Shown one piece after another: positions 1-8,881 of a stretch of 29,417 nucleotides of DNA. The notes beneath the pieces are model-generated. The model did no database searches. It had not been told where the DNA came from and saw only the letters and a list, made by a program, of their open reading frames with translations. The position numbers were made by a program, and so were the translations under genes. Where the stretch lies: contig JBBISL010000023.1 in the NCBI GenBank assembly GCA_037441285.1, positions 1 to 29,417 of the forward strand, in the 5' to 3' direction. Every line of letters begins with the position of its first letter. Position 1 is the first letter of the stretch. This DNA is from a candidate division WOR-3 bacterium. Lineage in GTDB: Bacteria; Hydrothermota; Tepidihabitantia; Tepidihabitantales; Tepidihabitantaceae.

Positions 1-397
1 CCGGGTCAATGCTTGAACTGGTAAAATCATAAGAAACCCCAACCTCACCGGTTGCAGGTCCTGAAGGTGTTACCGGTGTATTGGGCGGATTGTTAGTACC
101 GCCACTGGAGATTGTAATTTGATGCGCTGCTGACCAGTCAGAAGTATCACCGTCATCATCCATCGCCTGTGCCTTCACATTATAGGTGCCGGCGGTTTGA
201 TAGGAGTAACTCATCGTCACCTCCTGACCCGATGTAACAAACGAACTCCAGTTTGAGACAACACCATTACCCCAGTCAAACCTGATTGCCACACCATCTT
301 TATCCGGGTCAGTGCTGGAACTGGTAAAATCGTAAGAAACCCCAACCTGACCGGTTGTCGGTCCCGAAGGTGTTGCTGGTGTGTTAGGCGGATTGTT
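1..397. repeat. Intragenic direct repeat, period 303 nt (101-aa PKD unit)
   Basis: 1-94 and 304-397 match at 83/94 positions by manual alignment. Confidence 0.9.
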
Positions 398-478
398 TGC
401 TGGCGGCTGGCAGGTTAGCAATAGTAGCGTAGCGAACACAATCACACCGACCGGAAGACAACTACCCCATTTCCTCAT
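1..478 (-). CDS. Lipoprotein with tandem PKD/Ig-like repeats (5' part; runs off the left edge of the window)
   Basis: Not in the ORF track. ATG at 478, GGAGGAG RBS at about 484-490. Manual translation: MRKWGSCLPVGVIVFATLLLLTC-QPPANNPPNTPATPSGPTTGQVGVSYDFTSSSTDPDKDGVAIRFDWGNG...YSYQTAGTYNVKAQAMDDDG...NNPPNTPVTPSGP. It has a lipobox-like LLTC and PKD motifs (FDWGNG, Y..AGTYNV), with no stop codon to position 1. Confidence 0.9.
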   Translation of the reverse strand, partial: MRKWGSCLPVGVIVFATLLLLTCQPPANNPPNTPATPSGPTTGQVGVSYDFTSSSTDPDKDGVAIRFDWGNGVVSNWSSFVTSGQEVTMSYSYQTAGTYNVKAQAMDDDGDTSDWSAAHQITISSGGTNNPPNTPVTPSGPATGEVGVSYDFTSSSIDP

Positions 479-499
479 AACAACTCCTCCTTTTATACA

Positions 500-686
500 T
501 AGCCTCAGTCAGCGAGGCTAAAACTTTCCGGCTGGGTGCTGCCGTGCAGGGCTTTTTTCTATAACGCCCTGTCCGATACCCTGCGTTTATCGGGCAAAAC
601 GCCTGCCCATTAAGGCAGAATCCAAATAACGCAAAATTTTCAATCTGCTTTGCCTTGCATATAGCGACTTTAACGGCTATGGCAAG
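500..686 (-). promoter_or_regulatory. Highly structured 5' leader (seven hairpins) of the PKD lipoprotein gene; candidate cis-regulatory RNA
   Basis: Inverted repeats at 654-686, 631-648, 603-618, 573-593, 547-571, 529-544 and 500-520, between the promoter and the RBS. Confidence 0.5.
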
Positions 687-709
687 TATCATACCACTAA
701 ATTTGCTGC

Positions 710-737
710 ATATTACAAAAAATTAGTTTGATGTCAA
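710..737 (-). promoter_or_regulatory. Sigma70-type promoter TTGACA-16-TAATAT
   Basis: Reverse complements of tgtcaa (732-737) and atatta (710-715) in an AT-rich intergenic region. Confidence 0.6.
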
Positions 738-834
738 GGAAAATAAAATGTTGTTTTTAAACTCCTCACCGAAGACCGCTTCCATTTTTCGCCCGCGCAC
801 TAACAGAAGGAAAACAATGACACTACAAATTGTG

Positions 835-2385
835 CTATTTGACCCGAATCACTTTATCGGTAAAACAGCTCCCAGCCGTTTCAACCCTGATGTAATAAAC
901 CCCCTCTGGCACCTGTTGGTTCTTTTCATCTCTGCCATCCCAGACAAAACTGTATCCGTTCGTTAATTTGACCCCATAAGTTAAAACCTTTATCCTCCTG
1001 CCGGACCGGTCAAATATGTTTATTGAAGCATGACGATTTAAGCCCGGGATGTTGATCGTAGTTCTCTCTTTGAAAGCAAATGGATAGCAACGGACCTTTA
1101 AAATCTCTTTGTTTTCTTCCTGTTCAACGATGCCGGTCAAGCGGTTGGTGGCGAACCAGATTTCTGCCTTGCCCGAGCGCATATCCTGCCAGACAATATA
1201 GGCACAACCATTATCATCAACCGCAATACTCGGGTCCCATTGCTGAACCGAAGGCATTAAACTGACCGGTTCCCTCTCTTGCCAGGTGCGACCGAAGTCG
1301 TGTGAACTGGTATAATAGATGTTCCAGATTTGATTCTGCCTTTCGGCAATCATCAGGGCGGTATGAACTGTGCCTTGTCGGTCTATAGCCAGTTTTGCCC
1401 CCTGGGTAAATGAGCTGTAAATTGTGTCCAGTTCGGTTACTAAGACCTGTTCACCCCAGGAGTCACCCTGAACAAAATAGGTCCTTGCCATTGTGATGCA
1501 TTGATTGCTACCAGTTCTGCCGCCAGTGTAATCGGTGATTATGTGCCCTTCATCAGCAACGATATGGGGCATCCGGCTGTAGGCGGAAAATGTGTCCAGC
1601 TGGAAGCCCGGAGAAAAACTCCTGCCCCTATCGGTTGACTTATAGAAATGGGAATGGAGCACAATCTGGCTACCCTGCCGCACCGGCGCATCCGCCACTA
1701 CTAAGTAGTAATTTGTGCCGGGTTGAACAAAAACATCGGGCGGATAACAGTTAAAGGACACGGTGTCGTCGTCAACCCTGACATCAGTGCCCCAGCTCCT
1801 GCCGCCATCGGTTGAAACATCGGCGTAAACCCTGAGGTATGAACCACGCTGGTCGGTCCAGGCACAGAAAAGGTTGCCTGCGGTATCAAGCGCCAGTTTG
1901 ACCCAGCCCACGGGCACGACCGTAGAATTGTCATCAACCTGCACCGGTGCCGACCAGGTCTCACCCATATCGCTAGAACGGACAAAGTGGATATGACCAC
2001 GGCTACCGTCAACCCGGTCAACATAGACGAGATATACGGTTCCGTCTCTTGCCACCTGTAAATCCGGATAGCAGGCAAACCGGTTTCCCCGCCGAACGAT
2101 GATATTTTCACTGAGCCAGGTGCTCCCCCAATCGGTTGAACGCTGAAAAGCTATATCGCTCCGCTGAACGGTAAAAGGCACTGAATCGTCCTCAAACACC
2201 ACATAAATGGGTTGAACGCCACCAGTATCAGGACCAAGCGCAATGTCCGGATGATAGCAGGCGTAATTGGGTCTATTCTCCTGGTCAACGCGCACCGCGG
2301 GAATGAAATCGGCTCTCGTGGGATTGAATAGTAATAAAATGAAGGATTTGACAATTGCGCTGTTAACAAAGAAACGCTTAATCAC
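835..2385 (-). CDS. Secreted BNR/Asp-box beta-propeller (sialidase-like fold) with C-terminal T9SS-CTD/FlgD-Ig tail
   Basis: Five Asp-boxes (STDWGSTW, SSDMGETW, STDGGRSW, STDRGRSF, SHDFGRTW). C-terminal tail IFDRSGRRIKVL...WDGRDEKNQQVPEGVYYIRV. Hydrophobic N-terminus; start overlaps the upstream stop. Confidence 0.8.
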   Translation of the reverse strand: MIKRFFVNSAIVKSFILLLFNPTRADFIPAVRVDQENRPNYACYHPDIALGPDTGGVQPIYVVFEDDSVPFTVQRSDIAFQRSTDWGSTWLSENIIVRRGNRFACYPDLQVARDGTVYLVYVDRVDGSRGHIHFVRSSDMGETWSAPVQVDDNSTVVPVGWVKLALDTAGNLFCAWTDQRGSYLRVYADVSTDGGRSWGTDVRVDDDTVSFNCYPPDVFVQPGTNYYLVVADAPVRQGSQIVLHSHFYKSTDRGRSFSPGFQLDTFSAYSRMPHIVADEGHIITDYTGGRTGSNQCITMARTYFVQGDSWGEQVLVTELDTIYSSFTQGAKLAIDRQGTVHTALMIAERQNQIWNIYYTSSHDFGRTWQEREPVSLMPSVQQWDPSIAVDDNGCAYIVWQDMRSGKAEIWFATNRLTGIVEQEENKEILKVRCYPFAFKERTTINIPGLNRHASINIFDRSGRRIKVLTYGVKLTNGYSFVWDGRDEKNQQVPEGVYYIRVETAGSCFTDKVIRVK

Positions 2386-2837
2386 ATTTCAATCTTCGTA
2401 CCCTGCCGCTGCCAGTATATCAAGGTGCCAAGGGTACCATCTTTCTCCTTGACCAGAATGCATTGCAGCCCTTCATTCGCCTTTTTATCTTCTTTCATCT
2501 TCCAATAACTGTTCACTATTACCTGGTCAGAAAATGAACTGGTGCATCCAACATCCTGAAACAGGTTTTCTACCCGCTCATCATAAAATTTCTTGACAAC
2601 GGGCAAGGAATCTGTTGTCCGGAAGACATAAAACTGGCTAAACCCGTTTTCGGCTTCTGAGGCGGAAAGGTCAAGTACACTGGCACCGGGATATTTAAGT
2701 TCGGAAGGAATATCAGGCAAGGATTCGGTTGTTTGGGTTTTGGTGACTACAACCTTCTTTTCCACCTTATGCGGTGCTTTACTGCAACCGAGGATAAGGA
2801 GCGCAAACACGACCGCAGCTATTTTAATGCCCTTCAT
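2382..2837 (-). CDS. Hypothetical lipoprotein
   Basis: MKGIKIAAVVFALLILG-C lipobox; AGGAG RBS; own promoter. Confidence 0.8.
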   Translation of the reverse strand: MKGIKIAAVVFALLILGCSKAPHKVEKKVVVTKTQTTESLPDIPSELKYPGASVLDLSASEAENGFSQFYVFRTTDSLPVVKKFYDERVENLFQDVGCTSSFSDQVIVNSYWKMKEDKKANEGLQCILVKEKDGTLGTLIYWQRQGTKIEM

Positions 2838-2875
2838 ATCAACTCCTTTTTTAAAAATCGCCTGGCAACCGGTAA

Positions 2876-2904
2876 AATATAATCGAAGAATTTTATCGTG
2901 TCAA
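2876..2904 (-). promoter_or_regulatory. Sigma70-type promoter TTGACA-17-TATATT
   Basis: Reverse complements of tgtcaa (2899-2904) and aatata (2876-2881). Confidence 0.65.
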
Positions 2905-2930
2905 TAGCAGATAGGAATCGCTGCGCTTGA

Positions 2931-5480
2931 TTAACTGATTACCAGCCGCAGGCTGTTGCTTTCGCAATGGGGGCAGGAACGCTCTTGAGGCTGACCCGGT
3001 ATCCAGTGATGTCTTGACTCATTGCCACAGCGCAGGCAGACAAACGGCATCTCACCCGCGGTCTTGGGCTCAACCCGTAAGGTTACCTTGGGCGGGTTGG
3101 CAAGAATCTGCTTTGTCTGTTCAATCTCTTCTGGTGTCACCGATGCCCGAAGCCGTTCCAGTTCCTCCATCGTTTTGACAAACCGGGGCGCCTGTGCCGC
3201 GGAAATCCATTCCAGTTGCAACCTCTCGGGCCTGATTCCCCACGCCTCAAGTTTGTCCCAAAGTTTTTCAACCCGGCGCTGGGTTTGACGATTGGCATTG
3301 AGGTAGTGGCAGTCCGCATAGTGGCAGCCAGAGACAAGAACAACCGGTGCCCCGAGTTCAAACGCCTTGAGCACAAACTTTTCAGCAACCCGGGCGCTGC
3401 ACATCGTCCGAATCAAAACCTGCGTCGGCGGGTATTGAGACCGCCCCAGCCCAACGGTATCTGATGCCGCATAGGAGCACCAGTGACAGGCAAACACAAT
3501 CGCTTTCGACTCGGGCTCTTCTGCCAGCGCCGCCTCAATCTGGGCAAAGATTTGTTCGTCGGTGAACTGATGTGCCTCAATCGCCTCAAACCGGCACTCG
3601 GCAGCACAGTTGCCACAACCGGCACACACCGCATCAATTGCCTTTGCCGGCGCACCGCGCTGCCACTCCACCGCTTTGAAGGTACAGACCGGCGCGCACA
3701 TACCGCAGGCACGGCACTTGTCAGTAATGACCTCAACCGTATTCGGTTCTGCTGCCAAGGAACCCTGCGCCAGAAGCCGTGCTGCTCGTCCCGCAGCCGC
3801 GCTTGCCTGTGTCACCGAATCCTTGACATCCTTTGGTCCTTCGGCACATCCGGCATAGAAAACACCGCGCACCGGCGAATCAACCGGTTGCAGTTTCGGA
3901 TGTGCCTCGAGCAGGAAACCTTCAGGGTGAAGTTGTAACGCCATCAGTTGCTGAATCGGCTTGGTCTCTGCCCTTGGTTTTACTCCGGTCGCCAGAACTA
4001 CCATTTCCGCAATATGTTCCTCAACCTTGCCGGTTTCGGTGTTTTCCACATAAAGTTTAAGATTCCCGGTTGCGTTGTCCTCAACCACTTCACCCGGAAT
4101 CCCGCGGATGTACTTGACCCCGAGCCGCTTGGAACGCCACAGCATCTCCTCAAACCCTTTGCTGAAGGCACGCAGGTCAATGTAGAAAACCTTGATTTCC
4201 ATATCCGGGTAATGTTCCTTGAGCACCAGACTGTCCTTAATCGTGTTCATACAGCAGATGTTGCTGCAGTAGGGCGTACCCTGCTGGGCACAGCGTGAGC
4301 CAACACACTGAATAAAGGCGATACTGTTCGGGCGACGCCGGTCACTGAACCGGATGAGTTCGCCGCTCGTTGGTCCGCCGGAAGATGCCAGCCGCTCAAA
4401 CTCCATTGCGGTTATCACATTTGCCGCCCTGCCATAGCCAAACTCGGTACGGGACAACGGGTCAAACGGCTCCATACCGGTGGCAACGATAATTGCGCCC
4501 ACCTCAAAGGTTAACTCCTTATCCTGAGCGTTCAGGTCGATGCACTTCTTTTCGCACGCCTGCGCACACTTGCCACAGGCAATAGGATTCAAGCCCAGAC
4601 AGTCATCAGGATTAAGGACATATGCTGCCGGAATCGCCTGCGGGAACGGCTGGTAAATCGCCTTCCTTAACGCCAGCCCTAAGTTAAACTCATCCGGCAC
4701 CAGTTGCGGGCAAACCTTGGCGCAATCGCCACAGGCGGTGCACTCCCGCTCATCAACAAACCGTGCCTTCTGCCGAACTCTTACCTTAAAGTCACCAACA
4801 TGACCGGCAACCTCCTTAACCTCGGCAAGGGTCAGGAGTTTGATTTTCGGATGCCGACCGACATCCGCCATCTTGGGCGCCAGTATTCATATCGCACAAT
4901 CCATCGTCGGATAGGTTTTGTGCAGCTGTGCCATCAACCCACCGAGCGAAGGCTGACGCTCCACCAGATACACCTGATGACCCGCATCTGCCAGGTCAAG
5001 GCTTGCCTGAATACCGGCGACACCGCCGCCAATCACCAGCACCGCATCCTTTAAAGGAAAACGGCGCGGGCTGAGCGGTTTCAGCGCCCGTGCCTTTGCC
5101 ACCGCCATCCGGACAAGATGACACGCCTTTTTCGTTGCCCGCTCCGGCTCAAGGGCGTGAACCCAGGAACACCCTTCCCGGATGTTCACCATCTCCATCA
5201 GAAATGGGTTCAATCCCGCCTGCGCCACACAGGCACGAAAAGTGGGCTCGTGCATCCGTGGTGTACAAGCCGCCACCACCACCCGATTGAGTTTGAATTC
5301 GGTAATTGTTTTTTGAATCTCCTTCTGTCCTGGTTCAGAACAGTTGTAGAGGCTGGTAACCGCATAAACCACATCGGGTAAGGTTCGGGCGTAATCTGCC
5401 ACCGCTTCGACATTGACGGTGCCGGCGATGTTGGTGCCACACCGGCAGACAAACACGCCGATTCGCGTCTCTTGACTCAT
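2931..5480 (-). CDS. hdrA: Selenocysteine-containing heterodisulfide reductase subunit A (HdrA) fused to MvhD and a C-terminal zinc ribbon, 849 aa, Sec at codon 198
   Basis: ORFs 4887..5480 and 2931..4871 are in the same frame, joined as [23 protein letters not shown] (HdrA consensus KTFPTxDCxxCILxPKM). Other motifs: N-terminal [35 protein letters not shown], two ferredoxin domains, Mvh[22 protein letters not shown]. Confidence 0.92.
4848..4867 (-). promoter_or_regulatory. Bacterial SECIS element
   Basis: mRNA CGGAUGUC-GGUC-GGCAUCCG: 8-bp stem (one G-U) with a GG-starting loop. The stem begins 19 nt after the UGA at 4889-4887. Confidence 0.8.
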
Positions 5481-5489
5481 CGTGCTATT

Positions 5490-7028
5490 TTACTCCTTAT
5501 CTGCTAAAAAATCAATCAGATTAACAATCTTTTGCGCCTTATCGTTACCCCGACTCATCTGGGCGCAGCGCAGATGAATTTCACATTTACCGCAGCCGGT
5601 AATAAGAGTTTCTGCCTTTACCGCCTGCCACTCCTGCAGGCGCCGGTCCTGAAGAAGTTTGACCGCGGCACCGCACTCCAGCCACGATGTGCCGCCACAA
5701 CATAGCGCTTCATTACGGTTGTGTTCCATCTCCACCAACTCAATCCCATTGACCTGGCTAATCAACTGGCGCGGGGCATCTTCGACCCCAAGATGTCGGC
5801 TCAACCGGCAGGGGTCATGATAGGTAACTCGCTTTCTTTCGCCGGTGCCCTCGGGTTTAAACCCGTGCTCAAGAAGGAACTCACTGATATGCTTTAATTT
5901 CCACTCCACCCCTCGTGTCCCGGCAAGCGGCGGATAATCAACTTTGAAGGTCCGCAAGCACTCCGGACAGAGGAAAACAACCTCTTTTACCCCGGCGCTC
6001 TGCAATTGAGTTAAGTTGTGCCGCGCAAGTTTCTTTACGGTGCGGACATCGCCCAGCCACAGCAAATCGTGACCACAGCACCGTTCATCCGCCAGGATTA
6101 CCGGCTCAATCCCCAGCCGGTTCATAATCCGCACCGCATTGCGCAAAGTTGCAACCTGATTCACCCCCATTTCCTTAAACAGGATATCAAGGTACGGTGC
6201 ACATCCGGTCCAAAGGGCAATCTCCCCTTTATCAACAACTCGCATCTCCGAATTGAGCCAGTTTAATCTGTTCTGGGACAACGCACTTTTCGCCATCATT
6301 CTGCTCAGTGTTTGCACAACCCCATCGTGTGCCATTACGGGCTGCGTACCCTCCTGAAATGCAATCGCCCGCAACCGCAATATCTCCCCGGCAATGCTCT
6401 TCCCTGAAGGACAAACCGTTTTACACAAATCGCATCCCAGACAGGCATAAAGAGCCCTAATCTTTAAGGGCGTTTCATCGGTCGCCGCCTTCTGCATCAA
6501 CCGCCGCGGTGAAAAACCGAGCCCGGTTCGGGCAACCGGACACACTCCACTACATCGGCCGCACTCAATACAGACAAAATCGGTTTGTACCTTTGTTCCG
6601 GCGGGCGCAAAATTGTTGTCATTTTCCGGTTCAATACCACCTGCTATTTTCTGCCCCCTTGACCTGTTGCTCGCTAACCGGATGCTAAACAAATCATCGT
6701 GCCCACTTCGCTCTGACACCGGAATAAAATGCACCGCTTCGGGACTAAACCCCATAAGGTTTAATAACTGCCGGCTGGTTTCAACCTGTTTTCGGGCATT
6801 TTGTGCACCAATCTCATGCCGGCACTCCGTTTCGGCACATCCATACAGAACAACCTGGCCTGCGCCATACTCAAACGCCTGCAAAATCGCGCCGGTTCCC
6901 ACCTGGCCAATGCAGTTTACCGTGCGATACCCGAACCCATTTTTTAACAAAACCTCTCCCGACACCAGCGCTGACACCCGCTCACAAACAAAGGCAAAAT
7001 TTCTGATTGGAGGTAAACTTTGGTTCAT
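5490..7028 (-). CDS. MvhD/FlpD-like 2Fe-2S domain fused to HdrD-like protein (2x[4Fe-4S] plus two CCG domains)
   Basis: N-terminal FVC..NCIGQV..YGCAETECRH; CIECGRCSGVCP and CLGCDLCKTVCP; CCG motifs GCAPY..RCCGH..CPEC and HDPC..LCCGG..CGKC. Confidence 0.88.
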   Translation of the reverse strand: MNQSLPPIRNFAFVCERVSALVSGEVLLKNGFGYRTVNCIGQVGTGAILQAFEYGAGQVVLYGCAETECRHEIGAQNARKQVETSRQLLNLMGFSPEAVHFIPVSERSGHDDLFSIRLASNRSRGQKIAGGIEPENDNNFAPAGTKVQTDFVCIECGRCSGVCPVARTGLGFSPRRLMQKAATDETPLKIRALYACLGCDLCKTVCPSGKSIAGEILRLRAIAFQEGTQPVMAHDGVVQTLSRMMAKSALSQNRLNWLNSEMRVVDKGEIALWTGCAPYLDILFKEMGVNQVATLRNAVRIMNRLGIEPVILADERCCGHDLLWLGDVRTVKKLARHNLTQLQSAGVKEVVFLCPECLRTFKVDYPPLAGTRGVEWKLKHISEFLLEHGFKPEGTGERKRVTYHDPCRLSRHLGVEDAPRQLISQVNGIELVEMEHNRNEALCCGGTSWLECGAAVKLLQDRRLQEWQAVKAETLITGCGKCEIHLRCAQMSRGNDKAQKIVNLIDFLADKE

Positions 7029-8881
7029 CGCTGGTTACGATAGAATGCTGGCACAAACTTGAGATAACTCTGTAATGCACCGCTCGGACAAACGGTCAAA
7101 CAGTTGCCGCATCCCCGACAGCGCCGATTATCAACTACCGCCACCTGAATACCAGAATACCACTCCTCGCGCGTAATCGCCTCGTGCGGGCAAGCATCAA
7201 CACACCTTCCACAACCCCGGCACAACTCTTTTTCCACCCTGACAATCAAAGGTTGAATTACGCCCGGAATGGTCTTTTCTTCTGTCTCACTAAAAAATTT
7301 TATCGTCACCGACAGCTCTTCCAGTCCGTCAGGAAAAACGGTCTTTAGGGAATGGACTCGCAGAAATGCGGTTTCGGTAGAGTCAACGGTACGAATTGCC
7401 ACCTGATGTTTCGGACAGGTCCTGTGGCACCGAACACATTCACCACAAAAGCCGCAGCGCAAACAGCGCTCTGCCTCCTGTATCGCCTCTGCCGGTGTCA
7501 AGGGTTCCTCCACCTCGGCAAAAATGTTGCGCTTTTCCGGTGCCAGTTGCCGCGGCCTCACCCGGCTCTTGGGCACCGCAGTTAACACCGGCATTTGAAC
7601 CTCCAGTTGAACCTCGGCAACTTTTGTTACTTCCTCGGCGCCGCTGATGAACTTGTGAATCGCGCTTGCGCCCCGGTGGCCACTGGCAATGGCGTCAATC
7701 ACCGTTGCTGGACCACCCGCAGCATCGCCACCGACAAAAACACCGGATGGCAAATGGTCAATATCCTTCTCCACCTTCTGACCCAGCGCCGTGATAACCC
7801 AATCTGCACCAATTAGAAATTCCGAGCCCGGAATCGGTACCGGTTTTCTTCTCCCGGACTCATCAGGCACACCCAGGGTATTACGAACACACCGTAATCC
7901 GGTAACCTTTCCCTCCCGGTGAACAAACTCAACCGGCTGGGTAAGATACTCGATGCGGATATTTTCTGCTTCCGCTTGAGACAGCTCCTCTTCGCCGGCG
8001 GGCATTTCCCTTCTGGTCCGGCGATAAACAATCCAGACCTCCTCGGCACCAAGCCGCTTTGCCACCCGTGCCGCATCAATCGCCGAATTTCCACCCCCAA
8101 TAATCAGCACCCGACCCGAAACAGTTTTAATCTCGCCGGTAAAAGTTCTTCTCAAAAAGGAAAGGGCATCTATCACCCCGAACAGTTCATCCTCCAGCGG
8201 CAGACCAAGCGTCAAACTTTTCTGGCAACCCGGAGCATAAAACACCGCCGCAAAACCGTCTTTGAGCAGCCGTGCCGGTTCATCGATTTTGGTTCGGGTA
8301 AACAGTTCCATCCCTAAACCAAGGACCGAATCAATCTCCTGTTCAATCACCGCTCGGGGTAAACGGAAAGGCGGAATTCCCCAGATGAGCATCCCGCCCG
8401 GTTTTTCCTGTGCCTCAAAAATCGTCACCTGATACCCGAGCCGGATCAGGTCGTTTGCTGCGGTCAAACCGGCAGGACCGGCACCAACCACCGCAACCCG
8501 CTGCGGTCTTTTAACTGTGTCTTGGGGTAATACCGCCCGGGGCCGATTGAACGCATAATCGGCAATGAATCGTTTCAGGGCGCGAATTGCCACCGGTTCA
8601 TCCAGTTCGGCGCGGCGGCACTCCTGTTCACAGGGATGGGTACACACCCGGCCACAGATTCCGGGTAAAGGATTGGTTTGCCGCACCACCTCCAGCGCCT
8701 GCTCAAACTTGCCCGCCGCAATCAAACCGACATAAGCCTTGACATTAACGCCAGCCGGACAGGCAACCCGACAGGGTGATTCGGGCACCGCTGCGATTTG
8801 AAACTCCTGGTCCTTGATTTTCAGGCTCGCCCCTTTTGAGCGCAGCACCTCTTTAAGAGTCAGACCATCCTTAACCTTCAT
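7025..8881 (-). CDS. NfnB/GltD/SudA-family FAD-dependent NAD(P)H oxidoreductase with extra C-terminal 4Fe-4S domains
   Basis: PCRVACP..NPLPGICGRVCTHPCEQEC; VVGAGPAG; IIGGGNSAID..YRR; EAERCLRCGFCGECVRCHRTCP; CRGCGRCVDACP and CRGCGNCLTVCP. Confidence 0.9.
   Translation of the reverse strand: MKVKDGLTLKEVLRSKGASLKIKDQEFQIAAVPESPCRVACPAGVNVKAYVGLIAAGKFEQALEVVRQTNPLPGICGRVCTHPCEQECRRAELDEPVAIRALKRFIADYAFNRPRAVLPQDTVKRPQRVAVVGAGPAGLTAANDLIRLGYQVTIFEAQEKPGGMLIWGIPPFRLPRAVIEQEIDSVLGLGMELFTRTKIDEPARLLKDGFAAVFYAPGCQKSLTLGLPLEDELFGVIDALSFLRRTFTGEIKTVSGRVLIIGGGNSAIDAARVAKRLGAEEVWIVYRRTRREMPAGEEELSQAEAENIRIEYLTQPVEFVHREGKVTGLRCVRNTLGVPDESGRRKPVPIPGSEFLIGADWVITALGQKVEKDIDHLPSGVFVGGDAAGGPATVIDAIASGHRGASAIHKFISGAEEVTKVAEVQLEVQMPVLTAVPKSRVRPRQLAPEKRNIFAEVEEPLTPAEAIQEAERCLRCGFCGECVRCHRTCPKHQVAIRTVDSTETAFLRVHSLKTVFPDGLEELSVTIKFFSETEEKTIPGVIQPLIVRVEKELCRGCGRCVDACPHEAITREEWYSGIQVAVVDNRRCRGCGNCLTVCPSGALQSYLKFVPAFYRNQR

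Noticed and set aside
1..397. DGR template/variable repeat pair
   Set aside because: Mismatches are not restricted to adenines, both copies are in-frame domains of one gene, and there is no reverse transcriptase in the window.
625..660. c-di-GMP-I riboswitch (GGCAAA-stem-GAAA-stem on the minus strand)
   Set aside because: Only the first half resembles it. The GACGCAAA segment and receptor stem are not recognisable, so it is reported only as an unknown structured leader.
462..692. 76-aa ORF from the track
   Set aside because: No RBS or recognisable motif; it overlaps the hairpin leader and the true start at 478.
4872..4889. hdrA as a nonsense-disrupted pseudogene or two separate genes
   Set aside because: The TGA falls exactly on a conserved Cys, the frame is preserved, a SECIS-like hairpin follows, and ATG 4871 has no SD.
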